Shown: positions 45,170 to 53,496 of the stretch, in pieces | Numbering within the stretch: position 1 is the stretch's first letter | Layout: every line of letters starts with the position of its first letter | Assembly: GCA_009885935.1 (NCBI GenBank) | Contig: VFJT01000063.1 | Coordinates: forward strand, 1 to 55,224 | Reading direction: 5' to 3' | DNA from: Gammaproteobacteria bacterium | GTDB lineage: Bacteria > Pseudomonadota > Gammaproteobacteria > UBA1113 | DNA length: 55,224 bases | Notes under the pieces: generated by a model | Databases searched by the model: none | What the model was told of the DNA's origin: nothing | Seen by the model: the letters and a program-made list of their open reading frames with translations, nothing else | Translations under genes and position numbers: made by a program

Positions 45170-46183
45170 TTAAGCATTCACCGCCTGCATATAATGCGCA
45201 AAACTAGCTATATGTTGAACATCAGGCAACGACGGTACTTTTCTGCTCTCAATGACAGAATAATAATATCCTTCTCTACCTGGAACTTTTCTACCAAGAT
45301 GCGTATTAACAACCCAATCGTCTCTTTTTGAGCCAATAAATTTTTCAAAGGTGCCAAAAAAGGGTAATAAAGTTCCGTTTAAAATTCTCTTCACCAGCTC
45401 TGCCGGAACCCGTTGATCTTCCGCCATATCGGCATACATGGCTAAATCTTCTTCGGTTCTAACGACCAATACCGTCATCACTCCGTCTTTATCGACCAAA
45501 ATGAAACTACCGGTGTTTTCACACAGATAATGTTCTACACTATTCAAATCGGTTTTTATCTTTGCAAAGACATTAGCAAAGGCTGCATCATTTAATATGG
45601 GCGTTGTCTTCTCAACAATTGAGCTAAACAGCGTGGTGCATAAGTCTAAAAAATAAACTTTTTGCATTTCATTGATAGCAGCATTTATTTTTTCTTCTAA
45701 GCCATCTTCATTTTTCAAGAAAAATTTATCTATTTTTTTCTCATTAAACAGTTTTACCGCCAAAGTATGATCGGCTTCGCCCGTGACCATGATTATTTTT
45801 GCAAATTTATTCTTAACCTGGGCTCTTAATTGATCGATGAATTCCACCCCAGTCAATGTAGGCATAGAAAAATCGACTACGATAACGGAAATAACATCAA
45901 AGCGTTCTGGTTTTAACAGCGCTGTTTTAATTTCTTTAGTATGTAAAGTAACATTTTGTTGTGAAGAATCGGGCGATTCTGTATCTGCCATTAGGTAATT
46001 TTCATCTATAGGGGTTATCTTTGCATTTTCTGTGCAATAGGCTAACGCTTCTTTGGGATCACTAAAAGTATGGTATATTGCATCGTCATCTAGCTTCAGG
46101 CTTAATGTTTTAAGGAAGGTCTTATTATCGTCTATTAAGATGGTGGTGGTAGGGTGAAATAGTGGGCTGATTAGTAAAGTCAT
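45170..46183 (-). CDS. Atypical response regulator: receiver domain with a large insertion plus an unknown C-terminal domain (LqsR-like architecture)
   Basis: 337 aa with a GGAGG SD. Receiver residues are TILIDDN, VVD(104)FSMP, MVTGEAD and FFLK. About 45 aa are inserted between beta2 and beta3. There is no HTH in the C-terminal ~150 aa. Confidence 0.6.
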   Translation of the reverse strand: MTLLISPLFHPTTTILIDDNKTFLKTLSLKLDDDAIYHTFSDPKEALAYCTENAKITPIDENYLMADTESPDSSQQNVTLHTKEIKTALLKPERFDVISVIVVDFSMPTLTGVEFIDQLRAQVKNKFAKIIMVTGEADHTLAVKLFNEKKIDKFFLKNEDGLEEKINAAINEMQKVYFLDLCTTLFSSIVEKTTPILNDAAFANVFAKIKTDLNSVEHYLCENTGSFILVDKDGVMTVLVVRTEEDLAMYADMAEDQRVPAELVKRILNGTLLPFFGTFEKFIGSKRDDWVVNTHLGRKVPGREGYYYSVIESRKVPSLPDVQHIASFAHYMQAVNA

Positions 46184-46269
46184 AGGGAATCCTCCGTAAT
46201 ATTTGTTAAGGTCTACAGCGCGCAGGCTAAAGCGGATTGTATACCTGGGGATGGAGACTATGCAATACC

Positions 46270-47586
46270 CTATACCCCCTTAATTCTCGGAAAATAGAGT
46301 AAAAACTCGCTAAATTCTCCTTCAACAGTATGGCATTCAATACTGCCACCCAGCTCTTGCATCGCCCTGGCACAAAAGGCCAAGCCTAAGCCTACTCTAT
46401 TGGACTTATGGCCCAGAAGTTGTTGAAATAGAATGTCTTGTACATCCTGAGATATGCCAGTGGCCGTATCTTTAAAATGCAAAACATTAGCCTTGCGCTC
46501 TATTGTTTGCCATAAATCAATCTGCCCTTTACCCGCTGTTAATATATAATATAAAGCGTTTTTTAATAAATTCAACACAACATGTACAACCAACTCTTCT
46601 GAACCCATAAAAGAAAAATCGTTGTCATGATTCCAATGGATAAGACTTTCTTGTCCTTCAGAAAATGGGTAATGCTGCAGCGCTTTGTGGATGCAATCGC
46701 TTATTTTTAGTACTTCTGCCGCATTTTTCTTAAAAACAACCGGTTTTACATTACAAAGCAGCATATCCATAATCACATGCCCAAACTTTGCTTCCCTTTC
46801 TATATCGTCAAATAAAGTAGATAACACCTCAAAGCGCCTGGAAGGAATAATTTGCAGGCCTTCTAAATTGTTTTTTTTGGCCAGTTGGTAAGTGTCTATC
46901 AACACCGGGAAATATTTTTTGGCCCCCTCAATGCCCATGATGATAGCCGATAGTGGCGTGCGCATTTCATGTGCAATTCCTGAGCCTAGGGCTTCCGCTG
47001 TTTTTAATTTTTTCTGGGTTTCCAAGTGTTTCCTATTCTTGGCCAATAGTGCGACCAAGATAAGAAATCCTGCATATATCGAGAATATGCTATAAACATA
47101 ATGCGTTAGAGGACAAACAGTGTGATTTAGACTAGATGCCCCTATTGCCGCAGCAACACCTAGAAAAAATAAAATTAAAGCGCTCACCCAATCCACTAAT
47201 AATACTAACCAAAAAATGATGCTGCTAAAGGCCATCAGTCGCAGAAGAGAGGCTGGATTGTGCAAAAACAGCCAGGTAAAAAAGAAAGGTAGACAATAAG
47301 TCAGCGTTATATACCAATAAATCGGTAGCCATTTTTTCGCTATTTCGGGCCATTGCCCCCTTAAAAGCAATCCTAGGCATAAAAAGGTTGCAATCAGCCG
47401 TAAAATAAGGCCTTCCTGGTTTATCCCTGTTCCAAATAACACAACCCAGGCAAAATAAAATAGGCAATAATATAGTAGCCCCAAGAGAGAAAACAGCGTA
47501 AATGGGGGGCCAAAGTCATTGATGCTACGCTCAATTTTTTTGTTTAGCCTAGTGCCTATAGCCTTAAAAGAGCCTATTTTGAACAT
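46270..47586 (-). CDS. Six-TM sensor histidine kinase of the CqsS/LqsS type (no receiver domain)
   Basis: Start revised to ATG 47586 (GGAGG SD 6 nt upstream); the ORF-track extension reads through a REP. Motifs: CLPFFFTWLFLHNP in TM3, H-box GSGIAHEMRTPLSAI, VLNLLKNALYY, and GLGLAFCARAMQELGGSIEC...EFLLYFP. Confidence 0.65.
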   Translation of the reverse strand: MFKIGSFKAIGTRLNKKIERSINDFGPPFTLFSLLGLLYYCLFYFAWVVLFGTGINQEGLILRLIATFLCLGLLLRGQWPEIAKKWLPIYWYITLTYCLPFFFTWLFLHNPASLLRLMAFSSIIFWLVLLVDWVSALILFFLGVAAAIGASSLNHTVCPLTHYVYSIFSIYAGFLILVALLAKNRKHLETQKKLKTAEALGSGIAHEMRTPLSAIIMGIEGAKKYFPVLIDTYQLAKKNNLEGLQIIPSRRFEVLSTLFDDIEREAKFGHVIMDMLLCNVKPVVFKKNAAEVLKISDCIHKALQHYPFSEGQESLIHWNHDNDFSFMGSEELVVHVVLNLLKNALYYILTAGKGQIDLWQTIERKANVLHFKDTATGISQDVQDILFQQLLGHKSNRVGLGLAFCARAMQELGGSIECHTVEGEFSEFLLYFPRIKGV

Positions 47587-47674
47587 GTGAACCTCCGGTG
47601 TAATATTCTTATCATTCAGTATGGCTTGTTTGTGGGAACGTTCGTGAGCCTTAACGAATGTCAACCTTATTTTC

Positions 47675-47731
47675 GTAGGGGCAGGCCCCCGTGCCTGCCC
47701 GACAGGGGCAACCACAGAGGGTTAGTCCTAC
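47675..47731. repeat. Inverted REP doublet (second arm degenerate) upstream of the kinase gene
   Basis: GTAGGGGCAGGCCCCCGTGCCTGCCC (47675-47700) and GGGGCAACCACAGAGGGTTAGTCCTAC (47705-47731). Confidence 0.8.
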
Positions 47732-48151
47732 GACAGATCATCGTTTCGCTTATCATTTAGAGCCGCCCTGCTTAATCGCCAGAATTATTAGCCCGAAGAA
47801 TAAATCAACCCTACCTAAATTGCAATAGTACGTAATAATCTGCAGTACTATAGAAATTCTGAGTGATATAGAGCGACATTCACCGATGACCTAACGCTAA
47901 TTAGCACCTTCATTTTGCTTTATGACCAACTAATGTTAATTACAGTGTTCTGTATTCAATTTTTTAAATATTTAATACTAACGACTAGATAAAGTTTCAG
48001 AATGGGTGTACAATCCGCGCTAATTGGCGTAGGCGTATTAACCACACTGTAAGATATTTGAAGTGCGCAGCGGGGTTATAGCCCAGGTTATTCGATGGAA
48101 TAGAGTGTCCTAAGTTGACGTAATTCACATCTTGAATAGGAAAAAATTATT

Positions 48152-49141
48152 ATGAAAAAAAAACTATTAGGCATAAAACCATTACAGATTTCTAATCTAG
48201 GTCTAGGTTGTATGGGCATGTCAGAATGTTATGGCAAAACCAATGATCTAGAATCCATTAGAACCATTCATCGTGCCATAGAATTAGGGATAACCCATAT
48301 TGACACCGCGGATTGCTATGGCTTAGGGCACAATGAAAAGCTCTTAGCTAAAGCGCTAAAAGGGGATAGAGAAAAGATAATACTTGCTAGTAAATGCGGA
48401 ATGGTGAGAAATCTTGAAACAGGAGAATTTACTGGCGTCAATGGCCGCCCCGATTATATCAAACGTTCTTGTGAAGCCAGTTTAAACCGTTTAGAGGTAG
48501 ATTATCTCGATTTGTTTTATTTACACCGGGCCGATCCCAATACCCCTATAGAAGAAAGTATGGGCGCATTTGCCGACTTAGTGGCCGAAGGAAAAATACG
48601 TCATATTGGTTTATCTGAAGTTTCTGCAAAGACCATTGCCCGAGCACATAAAGTTCATCCACTCACTGCCATTCAGTCTGAATATTCCTTATGGCACAGA
48701 AAACCTGAAGAGGAAATCATCCCTTTGTGCCAAGCGCTTAATATTGGTTTTGTGGCGCATGGCCCTATGGGCAAAGGTTTTTTTACCGGAACTATTGAGA
48801 GCATAGACACTTTAGAAAAAGATGATTTACGTAGAATTTTACCGCGCTTTCAAGATGAAAATATTACGCATAATCTGCAGATGATGCAAGTGTTAAGAGA
48901 AATAGCGCTTAATCGTGGTGTAACTCCCGGACAAATTGCATTGGCTTGGGTTTTAAGTCAGGCTGACAATATAGTTGCTATCACAGGGACAAAACAAGTT
49001 GCTCATTTGGAAGAAAATGTCAATGCGGCTTATTTGGAACTGTCACCAGAAGAATTATTACAGATTGAACAACACATACCTCTTAATTTTGCACAAGGTG
49101 ATTTACTCCCTGAATCCTTTGCTAAATTTTCCGAGCAGTAA
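48152..49141 (+). CDS. Aldo/keto reductase
   Basis: 329 aa. LGLGCMGMS, the catalytic tetrad context (DTADCYG, ASKCG, YLHR) and a C-terminal GTKQVAHLEENV. Confidence 0.9.
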   Translation: MKKKLLGIKPLQISNLGLGCMGMSECYGKTNDLESIRTIHRAIELGITHIDTADCYGLGHNEKLLAKALKGDREKIILASKCGMVRNLETGEFTGVNGRPDYIKRSCEASLNRLEVDYLDLFYLHRADPNTPIEESMGAFADLVAEGKIRHIGLSEVSAKTIARAHKVHPLTAIQSEYSLWHRKPEEEIIPLCQALNIGFVAHGPMGKGFFTGTIESIDTLEKDDLRRILPRFQDENITHNLQMMQVLREIALNRGVTPGQIALAWVLSQADNIVAITGTKQVAHLEENVNAAYLELSPEELLQIEQHIPLNFAQGDLLPESFAKFSEQ

Positions 49142-49143
49142 GC

Positions 49144-52100
49144 ATGTCCGGCATAGTTCAAAAATATCCAGCACACAATAGCTTATTACCGCTATTTTTC
49201 GCTTGGCAGCTAGCTCCTGATGGGGGCAATTATAATTTAAGTTTTTCTTATACTGTCAAAACCGAAGTAGAAACAGAATTAGTTGTTGAAAAGCTCCAAG
49301 AGTTGATTCATGCAAAATCATATTTACGACAAACTTTTTCTTTTGAAGGAAATAAGTTATTTTCTTGTGTTCACGAAGAATTATCGGCCGAAATAAATAC
49401 ATTTAACTGTTGCAAATCAGAATTCTCTGAGCTTGAGAAAACTTTAATTCAGCAACCACATGATATTGAAAATGCGTCAGCAATTAAGCTAAATATCATT
49501 TGGATAAATGACCATCATCATTATGTCATCTTATTTAACATTCACCATGTTCTTATGGATGCTCAAAGTGTAGATAAGTTTGTCATAGATTTGAACCACG
49601 CTATAGCTGATCAAAAAATAAAACTTATACCGCCTAATGAATATATTGATGAAATAATGCAAGAGTCCGACCTTGCTGAAGAAATAGAAGAAATTTTTGT
49701 CATGGATTATTTGGAGAAAGTAAATTTTTTCAGAGAGGAAGTTAATTACCCGGCTGTGCGCCCTCAAAAATCTATCGAATATTACACAGACATTTTACCT
49801 GGCGAGCTTAAAGAAAAACTAATTCAACTCAGGCAGCAATGTGACATTAGTTTATTCAATTTGTTACTTTTAGCTTGGGGGATATTTTCCCACAAACTTT
49901 TTGATTCAATAGATGTGCTTATTAGTTATCCAGTTAATATTCGCAGGAATAAAACTCTCGAAGGTTGTTTCATAAATAATTTTATATTGCCTATGAATTT
50001 TTCAGAAAATGACACTTATTTATCTGTTATAAATACATGGCGCGAGCAAGCTACCACCTTCAAGAAAATTGCAAAAATAAAATTAAGTGGTAAATTAAAT
50101 GTAGGCTCAATACCCAGCTTCATTTATTCAAATATGGTTCGCCCGCTTGAATTGGTTATTCAAGATAAGCGATATGTAGCAAAAAGCTATCCGCAAATTG
50201 CCAATTATAATTTAAGCGTAAAATATAAAGAACGGAATGGTAATTATTTTTTTAGTTGCGATATCATATCCGATCTTTTTCCTGAATATTTCTCTTCTAC
50301 TTTACTGCCACGATTCTTTAACCTTTTAAATGAGTTGCTGGAAAATATTTCCGCCCCATTATCAATATTAGATATAACGCTCCCAGAGGAAAAACAGCAG
50401 CTATTATATGAATTTAATAGCACCCGCGGTTATTACCCTAAAAACACCACCTTAACGGAGCTATTTGAAGCGCAGGTAAAAAGAACCCCGCATAATATTG
50501 CTGTTGTATATGAAGAGACCAAATTAACCTATATACAGCTAAATGAAAGGGCAAATCAGTTGGCTTATTATCTGAAGAACAATCACACAATAAAAAGAGA
50601 TGAGCTCATTGTATTGCTCTTAGAAAGAAATGAGCACATGCTCATTTCTATTTTAGGCGTATTAAAATCAGGAGCGGCTTATGTGCCGCTAGACTTAACA
50701 TGCCCCGCCGAAAGAATTAGTTCTATTTTAGAAGATACTAAAGTAAAAATCATTTTGACTAATGAAATTTTCAAAAATAGACTATGTTTTTCCGAGCTTC
50801 AACTTCCACAAAACAGATGTGTTATTGAAGTTGACGCCCATAGTTTACAGACCATTTTAGTAAAACAAAAAAATATTGATCTAATCTCAACTGCCAATAG
50901 CACAGATCTTGCCTATGTCATTTATACCAGCGGAACAACGGGAAAACCAAAAGGTGTAATGGTTGAACATAGAAGCGTCATAAACACAATATTTTCAATG
51001 AACAAGGTGTATTCAAGAAAAAGTCTAAAAATTAAAAAGACACTAAAAATAACAGCCTTTAGCAGCTATGTCTTTGATGTGTCAATATCAGAATTTTTTG
51101 CAGCTCTTTTAAATGGGCATGAATTACATATTTTAAACAATTTAATGCGGCATGATATTAATTTGATTGCCGAATACATTAATAAAAATAAAATTGACTA
51201 CACCTATCTCCCACCCGTTATGCTCGCTAACCTGCCTAAAATAGATTATCCATCATTACAAGGAATAATTTATGCAGGAGAACCCTGCGATAAAAAAACA
51301 GCATCACACTGGTCTAATAAGCATGAATTATACAATTATTATGGTCCTACAGAAGCATCCATTTACAGCACTGGGTTACAGCTTAAAAGCGCCGAAGTTA
51401 ATTTAATTGGCAAGCCCATTATGAATACAACAGCTTATGTATTAAACTCTGAAAAATTACTGCACCCTATTGGTGTCATTGGTGAGCTATTCATCGGTGG
51501 AACCGGTCTTGCCAGAGGCTATTTGAATCAGCTTAAACTGACAGGCGAAAAATTTATTGCTAACCCATTTCAAACGTCAGAAGAAAAAAGCATGGGGGAA
51601 AATGCGCGCCTTTACAAAACAGGTGACTTAGTGCGCTGGCACCCCGATGGAAATTTAGAATATATCGGCCGCAATGACTTTCAAGTTAAAATGCGCGGAT
51701 ATCGCATAGAATTAAGTGAAATAGAAAATAAATTAGCCGCTTATCCAGGAATTAACTTCGCTATTGTGCTAATGAAAAAAGATGAAAGAAACTATAGCGA
51801 GCATATAAATAATAAATATTTAGTGGCCTATTATCTAGCAGAGCAAAAAATAGAGAGTGCTATATTGGATGAATATTTAGCAACGCAATTACCAGAATAT
51901 ATGTTGCCCAATATCTTTATCCATTTGAAGGAATTACCACTCACTATTAACGGTAAGTTAGATCGAAACGCGCTGCCTGAGGCTGAATTTGTCCGCAATG
52001 AGGACTACATACCTCCCAATAATGTGAGAGAAGAATTGCTGTGCATGGCATTTTCTCAAATTTTAGGCCTAGAAAAGATTGGAATTAACGATGATTTTTT

Positions 52101-53496
52101 TAGACTAGGGGGGGACTCAATAAAGGCCATTGCGCTCGTGGCTAAATTGCAAGTTAATTTCAGTATCAGCGTTACCGATGTGTTTAATTTGAAAACCCCT
52201 GAAAAAATCTCTAAAAGCATTCCATTGATGAAAAGCAATTTAAAGGGGAATTTAATTCGATTTAAATTGAATTATGAACAGCGCAATGTAATCGACAAAG
52301 AGATGCAAGATAAGCTGGAAACTTATTGGAGCAACAATAATAAACCAGTATTAGACCATAAAAAAAAGAAAATCGTTAACATTTTGTTGACGGGTGCTAC
52401 AGGGTTTTTGGGTTGTAATTTACTGAACCAACTTTTAATATTAACTGATTATAACATTTTCTTATTAGTTAGAGCCAGCTCAGATCTTGATGCATTTGAT
52501 AGAGTTAATCAAAAATTTCGATTCTATTTTGATAAAAACTTACGTGACATGGGTTGTCAACGAATCACTTTGTTGCAAGCTGATATCGAAAAAGAAAATT
52601 TTGGCGTTTCCGAAGTAACGTACGAATTACTGATTAATAGTATAGATAGTATCATTCATTGCGCAGCATTTACCAAGCATTATGGTGAGCCTGAAAAATT
52701 TTATTCAGTTAATGTTTGTGCAACGGTTAATTTGTTAAAGCTATCCTGCTTGACAAAGTTAAAAGACTTTCATTATATCTCTACCACCTCCGTTTTAAAT
52801 CAAGGCCACATCTCTAACTGCGACTATTTCTGTTTTACAGAAGATGATACTGGCACTAACTTAGAAAAACGATTCACCGCTTATGCAGAAACTAAATATC
52901 AAGGGGAGCAAGCCGTTGTTGAATACCGTAAACAAGGAGTGATAGGCAATATTTATCGCATAGGTAACCTAGCGTTCATTTTAAATGGTGGTATTCCCCC
53001 AGAAAATATTAAAGATAATGCTTTTTTTAACCGCATCAATTGTTTATTAAAGCTAGGAATTACCACCCAAGCCATAAATTTTGAGGAAATATCGCCTGCA
53101 GATTTGACTGCACAAGCCATTGTTAAGTTATTTGATAAAGCCCAGCTCAGCAATCAAAACTTTCACATATTTAATCCTAATTTATATAATATAGCAGAAT
53201 TTTTTAATCAAAATGAATTTTATGATATTAAAATGTTACCTTTTGAGGAATTCTCTGATATAATACTAATGCAGTTAGATAATCCTAAATACCAAAAAAT
53301 AATTCAAAAATTTTTACTCCACCAAGGTTGGCTAGATGGCTCATTTATGGACACAACCGCTATCCGAGTTTTACAAGATAGAACTGAACATATTTTGCAA
53401 CAACTGGGTTTCAAATGGGAAGTTATCACTGATAAAACATTTAGTAAATATATTGAAATGGAGATAAGAAGTGACAAAAAACTTGCAACCACATGA
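49144..53496 (+). CDS. Single-module non-ribosomal peptide synthetase, C-A-T-R (terminal thioester reductase)
   Basis: 1450 aa.
- C domain: HHVLMDA (49543-49563).
- A domain: TSGTTGKPKG (50926-50955), FDVS (from 51073), NYYGPTE, YKTGDL, GRNDFQVKMRGYRIEL, NGKLDR (Lys938).
- T domain: LGGDS with Ser992 (52117-52119).
- R domain: TGATGFLG (52390-52413) and YAETK (from 52882).
It starts 3 nt after the AKR stop. Confidence 0.92.
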   Translation: MSGIVQKYPAHNSLLPLFFAWQLAPDGGNYNLSFSYTVKTEVETELVVEKLQELIHAKSYLRQTFSFEGNKLFSCVHEELSAEINTFNCCKSEFSELEKTLIQQPHDIENASAIKLNIIWINDHHHYVILFNIHHVLMDAQSVDKFVIDLNHAIADQKIKLIPPNEYIDEIMQESDLAEEIEEIFVMDYLEKVNFFREEVNYPAVRPQKSIEYYTDILPGELKEKLIQLRQQCDISLFNLLLLAWGIFSHKLFDSIDVLISYPVNIRRNKTLEGCFINNFILPMNFSENDTYLSVINTWREQATTFKKIAKIKLSGKLNVGSIPSFIYSNMVRPLELVIQDKRYVAKSYPQIANYNLSVKYKERNGNYFFSCDIISDLFPEYFSSTLLPRFFNLLNELLENISAPLSILDITLPEEKQQLLYEFNSTRGYYPKNTTLTELFEAQVKRTPHNIAVVYEETKLTYIQLNERANQLAYYLKNNHTIKRDELIVLLLERNEHMLISILGVLKSGAAYVPLDLTCPAERISSILEDTKVKIILTNEIFKNRLCFSELQLPQNRCVIEVDAHSLQTILVKQKNIDLISTANSTDLAYVIYTSGTTGKPKGVMVEHRSVINTIFSMNKVYSRKSLKIKKTLKITAFSSYVFDVSISEFFAALLNGHELHILNNLMRHDINLIAEYINKNKIDYTYLPPVMLANLPKIDYPSLQGIIYAGEPCDKKTASHWSNKHELYNYYGPTEASIYSTGLQLKSAEVNLIGKPIMNTTAYVLNSEKLLHPIGVIGELFIGGTGLARGYLNQLKLTGEKFIANPFQTSEEKSMGENARLYKTGDLVRWHPDGNLEYIGRNDFQVKMRGYRIELSEIENKLAAYPGINFAIVLMKKDERNYSEHINNKYLVAYYLAEQKIESAILDEYLATQLPEYMLPNIFIHLKELPLTINGKLDRNALPEAEFVRNEDYIPPNNVREELLCMAFSQILGLEKIGINDDFFRLGGDSIKAIALVAKLQVNFSISVTDVFNLKTPEKISKSIPLMKSNLKGNLIRFKLNYEQRNVIDKEMQDKLETYWSNNNKPVLDHKKKKIVNILLTGATGFLGCNLLNQLLILTDYNIFLLVRASSDLDAFDRVNQKFRFYFDKNLRDMGCQRITLLQADIEKENFGVSEVTYELLINSIDSIIHCAAFTKHYGEPEKFYSVNVCATVNLLKLSCLTKLKDFHYISTTSVLNQGHISNCDYFCFTEDDTGTNLEKRFTAYAETKYQGEQAVVEYRKQGVIGNIYRIGNLAFILNGGIPPENIKDNAFFNRINCLLKLGITTQAINFEEISPADLTAQAIVKLFDKAQLSNQNFHIFNPNLYNIAEFFNQNEFYDIKMLPFEEFSDIILMQLDNPKYQKIIQKFLLHQGWLDGSFMDTTAIRVLQDRTEHILQQLGFKWEVITDKTFSKYIEMEIRSDKKLATT

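Noticed and set aside
47587-47715. N-terminal extensions in the ORF track (kinase 47587-47715, recX 32847-32867, degP 35694-35819, antiporter 9588-9650, cargo gene 2845-2880, lipoprotein 26266-26301)
   Set aside because: The extensions read through REP elements or upstream genes and start at GTG/TTG or at an ATG without an SD. Internal ATGs with good Shine-Dalgarno sequences and proper signal peptides or family N-termini are available.
47850-47862. LetA/GacA-type box (AGAAATTCT) and a downstream Rsm-like sRNA
   Set aside because: The palindrome is one base short of the AGAAATTTCT core. The downstream 300 nt contains almost no GGA motifs in plausible loops, so an RsmY/Z-type RNA is unlikely.
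48002-48052. 16-codon hydrophobic mini-ORF (MGVQSALIGVGVLTTL) upstream of the AKR gene
   Set aside because: It has no Shine-Dalgarno, no attenuator-like alternative hairpins and no biased codon run. I cannot distinguish it from chance.
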